A DNA stretch of 64,000 nt from Eledone cirrhosa (Eukaryota), in assembly GCA_964016885.1 (NCBI GenBank), contig OZ024743.1:268770001-268834000 (forward strand). The letters run 5' to 3'. Below, piece after piece: positions 1 through 13,545 of the stretch. Below the pieces are notes generated by a model that saw only the letters and a program-made list of their open reading frames with translations, was not told where the DNA came from and ran no database searches. Numbering within the stretch: the stretch's first letter is position 1; each line of letters opens with the position of its first letter. The position numbers and the translations under genes are program-made.

Positions 1-55
1 ATCGAGTGCTCATACAGCCTACCGCATACGGACGCTTTAAGCATCCAACACCAAT

Positions 56-297
<242 letters not shown>

Positions 298-376
298 ATG
301 ATATCATACTCTGCTCTGTAAGAGCATAGAGTGCTCAACCGGCATACCGCCTATGGAAGCTTCTTAGCTACCTTCA

Positions 377-531
<155 letters not shown>

Positions 532-709
532 TAGATAGATATATGCATATAGATATATGTGTGCGTGCTCACATATAGACAGATATTGAAACATCAATTA
601 TGTGTATATATATCCAACCAAAATATTATTGAGTATATTGTAGTGTGTATTGTAGGAGGCCAATACATCTGTGATACCTTGTGTGGTAATTGAATCTTCT
701 ATGTATATA

Positions 710-1375
710 CAGTCATGTTTTCATTTAATGACCGCAGGTCGGTCATTAAAAAAAAAGTGACTAAATTAAACGATTTCGAAGATCAAAATAATTTTTTACT
801 GAAAAATTGAAGAAACCTAATTTTTAAATGTCTTAATATAGTCTGTTATTAGCGGCCTTCTTTTTTTCTTGGTTCTCAGCAAGCTTTCACGCAGTTGACC
901 AACAATTATCAGCACGCTGTTTTCATTTTTCAGAAAATATCTTTCAAGGCCCTCCAAATATGCCAAGGCGTCCGCATATCCAATTGTGCCCTTGGGCGGA
1001 TCTGTGATGCAAGACTCTTCTAGTTCTTCACATTCCATCGTATCCTCATTGAGATTTTTCAAAAAATCGTCATCAATATCAATCCTCTCGTCCTCAGTTG
1101 GGAAGTAGTTTAACTCTGCTTCTTCTACTAGTGTTTCTTCTAGTGCGTATTTTCTATTATCATCTTGAAATTCTGGTTTCCTCACGGCGACCAGACAAGG
1201 GGAGGTAACTCTGCTTCAAACCACGACACATGAGTATGTTCATTGCAATTTTTGTCAAAAAAACGTGGTCATTAAAAAAATAGTCATTAACTCTGATCGC
1301 CTAGAATTAAATGGCTAGGAATCCGATTTATCGGTCATTAAATAAAAAAAAGTCATTAAATAAAAAAAGCCACTG
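710..1375 (-). mobile_element. pogo/Tigger-like internally deleted DNA transposon
   Basis: Imperfect TIRs cagtcatgttttcatttaatgac / gtcattaaataaaaaaagccactg, with TA on the left. ORF 817-1185 resembles the acidic Tigger/pogo C-terminus (ALAYLEGLERYF...KKKRRPLITDYIK). Confidence 0.65.
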
Positions 1376-1443
1376 CATACATATGTATATATATAATGAA
1401 ATGACAGGAGGCTGGATTTGTGTAAATCCTTGAAAGGTTTATT

Positions 1444-1501
1444 ATACTATGATCATTTCAATGACCGGGTTCCGTATGAATCCGGTGATATCTTCAGGTA
1501 T
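1444..1501 (-). ncRNA. Type I hammerhead ribozyme motif, canonical core
   Basis: Minus strand reads AUAC-CUGAAGA-stem II (ACCGG...CCGGU)-GAA-AUGAUCAU-A-GUAU, followed directly by AAUAAA. Confidence 0.8.
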
Positions 1502-1606
1502 TCGAAATATAATACGTGAATGTAATAGATAAAATCCATGGGGCTGAAAATCGAGGGCCCGAGGGCAACCGCTATTCTGTTCCGTCAACCTCAGCCGGTC
1601 GCCCTC

Positions 1607-1641
<35 letters not shown>

Positions 1642-1671
1642 TCGTTGACAAATATATCAATGTGCCCATAA

Positions 1672-2280
<609 letters not shown>

Positions 2281-2281
2281 A

Positions 2282-2426
<145 letters not shown>

Positions 2427-2545
2427 GGAATAGAATGAAACGAAATTTCATTTCTCACTCTTAGTCTGGCACTTACTGCTCAGCCGTTAATTTTCATAAG
2501 GAAAGTATATACTTTCGGACGTTCAACCATCTGGCAGAAAGGTAT

Positions 2546-2588
2546 ACGGGGCTGACGATAGCTAACAAGCTTGAAACTAGTACATCGT
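2546..2588 (+). ncRNA. Type I hammerhead ribozyme motif
   Basis: ACGGGG-CUGACGA-uAGCU aaca AGCUu-GAA-ACUAGU-A-CAUCGU. Stem I pairs 5 of 6 and stem III is palindromic. Confidence 0.7.
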
Positions 2589-2822
2589 TCCTGTGTCAGT
2601 GTTGAACAAAAAGGTGACGTGGTTGCCTAAACACTGTACGGCGTAATTCAGGCTGTTTGTTTGTTTACAAACGAACAAACCGAGCATTATAATAAATGTT
2701 CGGTAAACTAATACGTGCATATATATATATGTGTGCCTGTATGTATATATATACATGCTACTGTACGTCTGTATACATATATGTATGTACGTATACATAC
2801 ATACTTACATATATATATATAT

Positions 2823-3009
2823 ATAGGAACGAGTAGGACCCCGACGGCTGAGTTCAAGGCGTTTCGACGGCTAATTCTGGACTAGCCGTCGAAACGGCTT
2901 GAGCTCAGCCGTCGGGGTCCTACTCGTTCCTATTACCCACTCCACTACCCTAAGTATTGAGTACTTTGGTGCGTTACGGTCCTCCTGGTTCCTTACCACA
3001 TTTCCTTCG

Positions 3010-3011
<2 letters not shown>
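2823..3011 (+). repeat. Hairpin-plus-tail element in (TA)n, copy 1
   Basis: 110-bp palindrome at 2823-2932 centred on gacggcta...tagccgtc, then a ~78-bp tail. An inverted homolog lies at 8550-8741. Confidence 0.8.
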
Positions 3012-3087
<76 letters not shown>

Positions 3088-3104
3088 GTATAGGCAGAAG
3101 GGAT

Positions 3105-3372
3105 ATTCAATCTGTTGGTAATTCAACAAATATAAATGTTATAACTGATTCAGAGCACTCGACAGCTTTTCTGGAGTATAATATTCAATGATATTAAGGA
3201 AAGCTTGAACCGTTAAGGTATTTTCCTTGGTTATGTCAAAATTTATAAAACACACTTGGTATTTTATCTGATGAAAGCGTACCAAAGTTTTGGTAACCTT
3301 GAAATATATATAATAGAATAAATATGGTTTTATAAATATAGTTTCCATTTATTTAATATCATTGAATATTTA
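3105..3372 (+). mobile_element. PLE terminal-repeat remnant with hammerhead-like motif (3261-3313)
   Basis: Similar to the termini of the 25645-28027 Penelope element. Contains CUGAUGA-AAG..UACCAAA/UUUGGUA..CUU-GAAA. Confidence 0.65.
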
Positions 3373-3410
3373 TATATATGTTATGTATATTTATATATAT
3401 ATATAAGTGT

Positions 3411-3456
<46 letters not shown>

Positions 3457-3461
3457 ATATA

Positions 3462-3521
<60 letters not shown>

Positions 3522-3938
3522 CTTATATATATAGGCATATATATATATATACACACATTTATATGTATACATGTATATGTGTATATATATATGTATGTGT
3601 GTGTGAGTGTCTGTGTGTGTTTGTATGTGTGTATGAGTGTGTGTTTGTGTGGGTGTTTGTGTGTGTGTGTCTGTTTGTGTATGTGTGTGTGTATGTGTGT
3701 GTGTATGTGTGTGTTTGGCTGGCAAGACCATCAACCTTCTAATCTAACTAACATCAACGCGTCCACCGTGTTATGAACACACAGCTGGACATTCAATTAA
3801 AATATTGGACAACAACCGATATCTTTTCAGATTGTGACTCTCTCCCGCCTCTAAAGGAAATATATCATACAGCTTTATATATACATGCATACACACACAT
3901 ATATATATCTATATATACATATATATATGTATATATAC

Positions 3939-4028
<90 letters not shown>

Positions 4029-4396
4029 TGTATGTATGTATATATACATGTGAATACATACATATATAAATATATACATATGTATATAAGCTTATATACA
4101 TATATAGTTATGTATGTATGTATATATATATATATATAAAGAAGAGAGAGAAGGGGGAGAGATAACTATACATGAGACTGTGTTTAATTATGAGGAGGTA
4201 TATATATATATTTATATATGTGTAGGTATGTGTATATATGTGTATGTATGTGTATATATGTGTATCTATGTGTAGGTATTTGTGAGTTTAGACAATATAA
4301 GCGTCAATTTCAAAGAGGAATATTTCAAATCAATCTATAATGGAATTTTATTTCTTTATTTCTTCATTTTTGTATATGTGTGAGTTCATGTGCGCT

Positions 4397-4460
<64 letters not shown>

Positions 4461-4884
4461 GGGGGCGAGAGGGAGAGAGAGAGAGAAGGAGAGGGAGTAC
4501 GAAGGAGAGAGAGAGAGAGACATAGATATATAGACAGATAGTGGCTGTGTGAATGGATGTATGAATGTGTGTGCATATACATATGCATATATGAACATAC
4601 ATATATATGCATGTATGCGTTTACATATGTGTATATATATACTGCTGTGAGTATTGATGTCTTTATTTCCGGCATATATTATAAATCTTTGTTTCCCTTA
4701 TCCACTATATGTCCTGTGTATGATGTGTCTATGAGCTTTGTTTTCTGAGTAGCTTCATTTATTATCTTCCTTGCTGATTTTACATTACCGTTATATTTAT
4801 AACAACTTGCAATGAATGATATTAATGAAATGATATGGACAATAATACTAATGTGTTGTTTTTTTTATATCATTTTTCTGTTAT

Positions 4885-5600
4885 TGGCGGCTAATGGATG
4901 CGCAGAGTCATTAGTGCGTCAGATGAAATACATTGCAATATCTCATTACGGACTTCTAATTTCTGATTTCAAATCTTGGCGAGATCAACTTCTGGGGTCA
5001 AGGAAATAACCTACCAGTAATCGACTTTACTCTCCCCCAATATTTCTGGCCTTGTACCTAAAATTGAAATCCTTATTATTATTATTTACAACATGGCGAT
5101 TGATTGGCAGTATCGGTGGAGAGTCGGACGCCATGCTTTACAGCAAGCAGTTACGGCCGTTTATGGTCTGAGTTCAAATCCCGCCGATGTTAACTTTACC
5201 TTTCATCCTAACGAGGTAGATAAAATAAAGTATCAGTAATACACTGGGGTAATTGCTTGTGCTTGTGCCAAAAGTAGAAACAATTATTATTATTTACAAT
5301 ATGCTGTGTAGATTAGAGTTACGGCTCATTACATTCTCAGTTTAAATCCCGCCGAGGTTAGCTTTGCCTTTCATCCATACAGGGTCGATAAATAAAGCAT
5401 CCACCAAATAATGGGATCATTTTAATCGAGGTTGAATTACTCCAAATTGCTGATCTTGTGTATATGTTAAAAAGAATTACTAGGGAAGACAGTAAATTTT
5501 TAGTTTCTTTAGACTATTCGATCCGATTTTCTCTTCTCTGAAGTCAACTTCCGCCGAAATAATCTTTAACTTTCATCCTTTTGCAGTCGATACAATCACT
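4885..5600 (+). mobile_element. Cluster of tRNA-derived SINE copies (best copy 5094-5290)
   Basis: A-box-like tggcagtatcgg and B-box gagttcaaatcc, then a central cctttcatcc..gtcgataaaataaagtaccag resembling the Meta-SINE domain, then a cttgtgcc...agaaac tail. Confidence 0.75.
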
Positions 5601-6229
5601 TACCCACTGTAAAGAGTTTTGGGAATTTTTAAATGTGTCAAGCACCTTTTGTTTCCATCAATACAGTGGCAACATAATACATCACACATCCCTCATCAAA
5701 CTTTAGAACATCTGTTTACATCTGCCGGATTAGTATTTAATATGAAATGATGATAAGCCTAGCTAAAATTGATAAAAGACAACAGTTGAGCTCACCATTA
5801 CCAAGGAGTTTTCTTTCTCCTATCTCCCTGAAACAATGAAAAGACAAAGTCAGCACTTCTGAGAAAGACAACTGGGTGCAGAGTTTGTCAAGGTAGCTAG
5901 CCTAAAAAAGGAAAAAAAACTTGAAGGGGCCGCATTAAATTTGTAGGTTTTTATTGTGATCGTTAACTCATTTTTATTCGTCCTTTCGGCAACACATTCA
6001 CCGCCTCCAACGTATTCGCTTCGGCCACAAGCCCCGGCATCGCGGTCCGCTTCGCAGAACGAAAAATAAACAAATAACAGGGATTGTCCAGCCAAAACTC
6101 CAGAGTAACAACACTATTTAGCCTTAATAAAATGAATATTAAAAAAAACTCTAGTTTGATTCCTTGTAATAATAAATATTACACAGTAACAAGTATGAAA
6201 ATAGCTCAATGTACGAGCCTGAGTAAATG

Positions 6230-6335
6230 AAAGTCAAAGTTAACCACGGTGCAATTTGATCGCAGAACGTAAAGAATCGTAACTCTATGCAGCAAAGCAT
6301 GTAGTCCGACGCTCTACCAATACTGCCAATTCACA
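6230..6335 (-). mobile_element. SINE 5' fragment, same family
   Basis: aaagtcaaagttaacc...gtccgacgctctaccaatactgccaattc matches the family consensus. Confidence 0.65.
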
Positions 6336-6433
6336 GCATTTTGAAAGATAAAACTGATATGATATGCGTATTCTTATTTGTATGTATGTGTGTGCTGTGT
6401 ATAAGTGTATGTGTGTGTATATGTGCATGTGCT

Positions 6434-6506
<73 letters not shown>

Positions 6507-7093
6507 CATTATAAAGAAAGAAGAAACATTAGATATAATTAATAAGATATACCACACCCAAATTCCTTTACTAGTCCTCGACTACGTAGTTTCGTGGCAT
6601 ATTATACAAAAACACTACATCACGGAGATACAGTAATTTTGTGAGGTTTGCCGACTTATCAAGAGGATACCTCATTAAGAGTTTCAAAACACATCCGTAG
6701 GACGCGAGATAGAATCCTGAAAGGCGGAGGGGGAGACAATCACGTGATACAGCGGTCAAGAAACAGAGCTAAGCCTCTTACAACCAAGAAAAAAATACCA
6801 CAAAAGGCGGCGGGGGTATTTATATCGACGCCGTAGAAGAAATGGCTAGGATGGCGAGAAGTTTGAGTAATGATAGCTATCCAGCAGTCACTACACTTCA
6901 ATGGTTACTCTACCATAGGAAGTTATAAACAATATAAAGAAATACACAGATACATGCGGACACATACATATACATGAATATATCCACATATATCCCTGAA
7001 TTTGTGGTGCCAACCTCACCAATGTTGCTCTATGAATAACTGGGACAAAATAATCTGAATAGATTAGATTGATTCAGTATCAGAGCTATATAA

Positions 7094-8057
7094 TCTATAT
7101 ATATAAAACTGTGGTTGTCTGTCTGTCTATCGATTTTTGGCACACATCTCCTCTTAGAATCTCTGACGGAATTGCACCGAAATTGCTATACTTGTACATT
7201 GAGCCCTAGCGAAGACATCGGAAAAAAAATATTTCAAATTGACCCACCCTATGTGACGAAATCGAATATAATGTATCGATTTTTGAGCGTAAGTTATCAG
7301 TTATTTCCCTTTGTTCTGTTTACATTGAGCGTCTTACGTAAAAAATTACGCTGGCTTTCTCAGCGTTTAAAATGACATTAACACAATACACGAACAGTTG
7401 TCGAGCCAGCAAAATATTGACCTGCAAAATTCATCAGTTCGAACACTAAGCTTCCGTTTTGCTTCATTTCCATTTAAAAGCATTTTAAAACAATATTTTT
7501 ACTTGAAAACAAGTCTATTTAAAGACTACGTAAAACAAGCAAATATTTCGTCGTTAGGCGTGCAGACAGACAGTCGTGCAGACAGACAGTCGTGCAGACA
7601 GACAGTCGAGCAGAGAGGTGATATAGGCGTGCAGACAGACAGTCGTGCAGAGAGGTGATATAGGCGTGCAGACAGACAGTCGTGCAGAGAGGTGATATAG
7701 GCGTGCAGACAGACAGCCGTGCAGAGAGGTGATATAGGCGTGCAGACAGACATAACTGATAATTTGGTTACGCTAATGTTTTTCTCTGCGTTGCAGTGTT
7801 TACATTTTCGATCTTTGTTAATAAATAACCAGTGCAGTTTCTATCCCCAGCATCCTCTTTTGTTATAACATTCGGGTTATCGTTATGTTTTCTTAACTTC
7901 ATAAGGCATATTGTTGGTTGAGGGAATATTAATCAAAAACACCACATGCAAGTCTGCACAGTAGACACTACAGTTGTTAAGCCAAGAAAGAAACTTAACA
8001 TTGTAACTTTAACACAGCTACTGAGCGACCCCGAGCAACGCCGGGCTTTACTGCTAG
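7094..8057 (+). mobile_element. Non-autonomous Helitron
   Basis: 5' TCTATATATATAAAA and 3' hairpin cccgagcaacgccggg plus CTAG. Inserted between A and T with no TSD, and removing it restores the direct repeat. Internal CTGT/CAGA microsatellite. Confidence 0.8.
7557..7752. repeat. 16/37-bp minisatellite inside the Helitron
   Basis: Repeated gtgcagagaggtgatataggcgtgcagacagacagtc. Confidence 0.9.
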
Positions 8058-8254
8058 TACATTATAAAGAAAGAAGAAACATTAGATATAATTAATAAGA
8101 TATACCATACCCAAATTCCTTCATTAGTCCTCGATATATATATATATATTCAAAATTAAATTAAATTAATTTAAGGGTGTCATGTCAGAGCGATATGCGC
8201 CATATCCACTGTAGAATATGCTCCAAGATTCCAATGAATAGATCCGACCATTTT

Positions 8255-8515
8255 ATATCAACTAGAAATTGATTGATATATATATCTAAAATAAACATAT
8301 GAAACAATCACAGGGAATAATTTGTAAAAGTGTGTAAGCACACATAGCTATGTAGGTAACTAATTAAAGTGTAACTAGAACTTTAAAGTTGTAGTTAAAT
8401 TTTAATTAGTTACCTACATAGCCCATGTGTGCTTACACACTTTTACAAATTATTCCCTGTGATTGTTTCATATGTTTATTTTAGATATATATATATGTCA
8501 ATCAATTTCTAGTTG

Positions 8516-8520
<5 letters not shown>
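8255..8520. repeat. ~265-bp near-perfect palindrome
   Basis: Arms atcaactagaaattgattg... / ...caatcaatttctagttgat, centre aactttaaagtt. Confidence 0.9.
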
Positions 8521-8549
<29 letters not shown>

Positions 8550-8741
8550 TAACGAAGGAAATGTGGTAAGGAACCAGGTGGACCATAACGCACCAAAGTA
8601 CTCAATACCTGAGGTAGTAGAGTGGGTAATAGGAACCAGTAAGACCCCGACAGCTGAGCTCAAGCCGTTTCGACGGCTAATTCTGGAATTAGCCGTCGAA
8701 ACGGCTTGAGCTCAGCTGTCGGGGTCTTACTGGTTCCTATA
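8550..8741 (-). repeat. Hairpin-plus-tail element in (TA)n, copy 2
   Basis: Reverse-complement homolog of 2823-3011. Confidence 0.8.
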
Positions 8742-8980
8742 ATATATATATATATATAATTAAATAGTAGAGAGGAAAAAGATTTTTTCAGTAGAAAATG
8801 CTGAAGAGATTCTTTCAATATAATATCAAAACATTTATTTATTTATAAAGTGGATATTTCCACATTTAATAATATTGGTTTCAGCATTATATGCTTTTTC
8901 AACTGCGGATATGCAAAATGTAGTTATGTTGCATATTTATACGAATCTATATAATCAACTCATGTGTAACTTTCCTACAT

Positions 8981-9036
<56 letters not shown>

Positions 9037-9141
9037 CTTGTGTATGTATGTTCGTATGTATGCATAGATGTGTGCGAGTACATGGGTAAGCATGTATATA
9101 TGCGACGTGTATGTGCGTACATTTTTACATATAAACAGGTG

Positions 9142-9191
<50 letters not shown>

Positions 9192-9192
9192 G

Positions 9193-9330
9193 GGCGAGTA
9201 AAATTCCCGAGATCCATGGACGAGTTCTCTCCAGTGGTCTTTGTCCCTCATCACCGCTGCTACGTCCTGCGTCTCCAAGAGACCTAAGTCTGTCCTTAGG
9301 GCATCAACACATGTCAGCCACGGTCTGCTA
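9193..9330 (-). mobile_element. LINE 3' fragment with RTE-like C-terminus
   Basis: RPWLTCVDALRTDLGLLETQDVAAVMRDKDHWRELV matches the RP..T..D....D........DR..WR tail of RTE-type ORFs. Confidence 0.6.
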
Positions 9331-9666
9331 TTTTTAGTTTGTCTACGTATGCATATGTACATGAATTATGTATGTGTTTAGTTAAGAATGTGTGTATATA
9401 GCCGCTGTTTCTAGGTCTTGCCCGTTTTATTCTTCTACAATAAACCATGATATTATATCCTCTTTGGAAGGCAACATTCCCCGTAATCATTACAGTGACC
9501 GACAACTATGAATTCAGACCACCACAACCATACTACAACCGTTATAGGACAAAACACACCACCTTATAACCTCCATGTATTTCACAACGTCAACATACAT
9601 ATTCTCGCATACACACACGTACACATACATATATATATATATATACACACACAGAGCACAGAGATT

Positions 9667-9744
<78 letters not shown>

Positions 9745-10192
9745 CCCATGTAGTTATGTACATATGTGTACATAAATGGAGTTAGGTGTATAAAGAGAGA
9801 CAGGGGAGTGAAAGAGAAGGAGGAGATATCAGGCAGATGGTGCCTTGTGTCTCTAGTCCAAGCAGGCAGGCAGAGTCCACAAATGTCCCCGGCCACCTAA
9901 GTCAATATTATTTTCTCTTACAAACTGCAGATTCGATAAGTTAGTGTTGGTTCAGCTGGGGTCAATACGGTTTCGAGACCGTTGGAAAAGCAACAAGTAC
10001 AACGACGACATTAACAACAACAACAACGACATTAACAACAACAACAACAACAGCAGCAGCAATAGAAGCAACAAGAGAAACGGCACCAAGTACAACTAAA
10101 GCAACAAAATAAAGTACAATTAAATGTAAATGAAATTCATAACGAGGGGCGGGGACGTAAATTTTAGTTGAGGTAGTGATAATTATGATGAC

Positions 10193-10229
<37 letters not shown>

Positions 10230-10244
10230 GTGGTGGTGATGATA

Positions 10245-10294
<50 letters not shown>

Positions 10295-10401
10295 AATAAT
10301 GATGAAGAGAATGACGATGGTGACTATAACAACTAATAATAATTTCATAAAACTTTAAGAAAGATACTAATGGAAATGATGATAATAATAATAATAATAA
10401 T

Positions 10402-10560
10402 CGTTTCTACTTTAGGCACAAGGCCAGCAATAACCCAGTGCATTACTGGTACTTTATTTTATCGACCCCGTAAGGATGAAAGGCAAAGTCAACCTCGACG
10501 GGATTTGAACTCAGATCGTAAAGGGACGTAACTATGCTGGAAAGCATGGCGTCCGATCCT
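10402..10560 (-). mobile_element. tRNA-derived SINE
   Basis: gtttctactttaggcacaaggccagc...atcgaccccgtaaggatgaaaggc...gggatttgaactc. Confidence 0.8.
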
Positions 10561-10929
10561 AAGAAGAAGAAGAAGAAGAAGAAGAACTGCAACTACAACA
10601 ACAACAACTACAACAACAATAACGACTAAATATAATTTTTATACTCTAAATTATTACCATAATTAATAAGAACAACAATAACAACAACAGTATTTTCCTA
10701 GCCAGACAAAAGGAAAAAGCTATGTTGTATATAGTGTACTTGTACTGATGGAACCTCGGTGGATTTGGGTGGGTTTCCAGACATCAAAGTGTAATATTTG
10801 TATCACCCACCCAGCCAAACCACACCACACCATACCACCACCACCACCACCATTCACAATTTATTTTAGTGTCTACCAATGAGGTGTGGCAATTGTACTG
10901 GCTCTCTGCGAGTCATATTGGTATTATTG

Positions 10930-11059
10930 ATAATGGTGGTGGTGGTGGTGCTGGTGCTGGTGATGGTGGTGGTGGTGGTACGTGGTGTTGGTGGTGGTGG
11001 TGCTGGTGCTGGTGGTGGTGGTGGTACGTGGTGTTGGTGGTGGTGGTGGTACGTGGTGT

Positions 11060-11090
<31 letters not shown>

Positions 11091-11657
11091 GCTGGTGCTG
11101 GTGGTGCTGGTGCTGGTGGTGGTGCTGGTGCTGGTGCTGGTGGTGGTGGTGGTGCTGGTGCTGGTGCTGGTGGCGCTGGTGCTGGTGGTGGTGCTGGTGC
11201 TGGTGCTGGTGGTGGTGGTGGTGCTGGTGCTGGTGGTGGTGGTGGTGCTGGTGCTGGTGGTGGTGGTACTGGTTGTTGTTGTTGTGGTGGTGGTGGTGGT
11301 GCTGGTGCTGGTTGCGCTGGTGGTGGTGGTGCTGGTGCTGGTGGTGGTGATAGTGGTTGTTGTTGTGGTGATGGTGGTGCTGGTGCTGGTGCTGCTGGTG
11401 CTGGTGCTGCTGCTGGTGGTGCTGGTGCTGGTGGTGGTGGTAGTGGTTGTTGTTGTTGTGCTGGTGGTGGTGGTGGTGGTGGTGCTGGTGCTGGTACTGG
11501 TGCTGCTACTGACGATGATGGTGATGGTGGTAGTGGTGGTTGTTGTTGTTGTTGTTGTTGTTGTTGTGGTGGTGGTGGTGGTGGTGGTGGTGGTGGTGGT
11601 GGTGGTGGTGGTGGTGGTACTGATGCTGCTACTGATGATGATGGTGATGGTGGTAGT

Positions 11658-11688
<31 letters not shown>

Positions 11689-11829
11689 GTGGTGGTGGTG
11701 GTGGTGGTGGCACTGATGCTGCTACTGATGATGATGGTGATGGTGGTGGTGGTGGTTGTTGCTATTGTTGTTATAGTGGCGGTAGTGGTGCTGGAGGTGC
11801 TGGTGATGGTGCTGGTACTTGTGCTGCTG

Positions 11830-11860
<31 letters not shown>

Positions 11861-11985
11861 TGGTGGTGATGCTGGAGGTGCTGTTATTGTTAGCTGTGCT
11901 TATCATTATAGTGATGATTCTGATGGTATTGAGAGTTGTGTTGGTTATGATGTTGATGGTATTGGTGTTGGTGGCGGCGGTGGGA
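10930..11985. repeat. Compound GGT/GCT/GTT/GAT trinucleotide array
   Basis: In-phase triplet repeats open in most frames, with an internal ~120-bp duplication. Confidence 0.9.
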
Positions 11986-12165
11986 CACACGTGTCTGTGA
12001 TCAAGTTGAAGTCAGTGAAAGCTGCCGAAGTAATATGAATATCATAGACAAAGTTAATAGTAAACATATGTATATATATGTATGAACGTATGTGTGTACG
12101 TAAATATATAGGTGTGTATGTATGCCTACACACACACACACACATATATATATATATTTATTTAT

Positions 12166-12240
<75 letters not shown>

Positions 12241-12366
12241 AGTGTGTGTGTGTGTGTGTGTGTGTAATGGACAGCGTTTTAGAAATTATTTTTTTAAGGT
12301 TTGCCCTTCGAAAATTGTCTTTCGTTCATTGTCTTGTCCTCTCTTTGTTAGATTTCTTACACGCAC

Positions 12367-12444
<78 letters not shown>

Positions 12445-12445
12445 T

Positions 12446-12591
<146 letters not shown>

Positions 12592-12837
12592 TATATTTAT
12601 TATGTATAGAAATGATTCCTACAGTTCTAGTTCTATTGAAGTAATTTCCGTTTATAATATATATAAACGTGGAAGTTAGTAAAATCGAAGTTGCGGCGCT
12701 CCGTCAGCATCCACGAAAGAAACATTGTTCGGAGTTTTGCACAAAGCACTTAATAAGAAGATATCAATAAATCGATAAGTTACATCTTAGGGTAATAAAC
12801 TTATATTGGTACTATTGATAATGATGGTGGTGGTGGT

Positions 12838-12874
<37 letters not shown>

Positions 12875-12899
12875 GCAATATCTATTTGAAAAATAATAC

Positions 12900-13080
12900 T
12901 TTCTGATTGAGACAGGAGGCCAGCAATTATTTTCTGGAGGGAGAAGAATCGAAAAAATTGAACCAAGTACTTGACTAGTTCTTTCTTTCATCGATCCCTA
13001 GAAGGATGAAACTAAAATTGATCTCGGTGGGATATGGGCTCCGTGCTTAGAGATCCGAGGCTCTCACGATTCTGCGAGCC
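12900..13080 (-). mobile_element. Degenerate SINE
   Basis: aggccagcaatt...tcgatccctagaaggatgaaactaaa. Confidence 0.55.
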
Positions 13081-13269
13081 CAAAACACCTTATTTCAAAA
13101 ATAATGGCACAACATATATAATTGCATCTACATAAAGAGCTCATTTGTTAGAAGGTCGGATACAAAGCTTTCCGGTTTTAGGTTCGATTCTCTGAGCTAG
13201 AATCTTGCCGGGATCGAAGATAAAATATGCTCACGCTGTAAACACCTTTGTGTGGGCAACAGGTGTGCT

Positions 13270-13323
13270 TGTAAAGGGCCGCATGTGGCCTGCGGGGCGC
13301 GTGTTTAACATGCCTGCTCTAGA
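13270..13323. mobile_element. hAT-Charlie-like MITE terminus
   Basis: gggccgcatgtggcctgcgggg...aacatgcctg followed by ctctagag, a typical Charlie target. The other end was not found. Confidence 0.5.
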
Positions 13324-13545
13324 GCCTGTAGCAGTGGGACTTCCGGCGTTCTTGGTCCCTGGACGACATCTCTACTCACTGCTATCGGAGTGGAGTTGGC
13401 CGCCCGCAATTGCGAACCCTGTGAGGTGGAATATCTGTTCCAGCATGTCTCCCTCGCCGTCTTCCTAGGCAATGCATTCTTCATCCTGTCGGCCGGAACC
13501 CAGAGATGGAGGGTAAGTTAGTTGGTAAGGGGAGGATACTTGTTC
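13320..13545 (+). mobile_element. CRE-clade non-LTR retrotransposon 3' fragment
   Basis: Translates, with one frameshift, to EPVAV-TSGVLGP...EVEYLFQHVSLAVFLGNAFFIL, matching the P.AVET.G..GP...FQR.S.A..RGNA C-terminus of CRE elements. Confidence 0.65.

Larger units (their letters stand above)
6497..8134 (-). mobile_element. ~0.67-kb direct-repeat-bounded element with degenerate hammerhead, interrupted by a Helitron
   Basis: 75-bp direct repeat at 6506-6581 and 8059-8134. GAA-ACUACGUAGU-C-GAG lies on the minus strand at 6577-6593, and both ends sit in (TA)n. Confidence 0.6.

Noticed and set aside
10866-12038. Long Gly/Thr/Val/Pro-rich ORFs as structural proteins
   Set aside because: Open in five frames because stop-free triplet repeats dominate. 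No unique domain or splice evidence.
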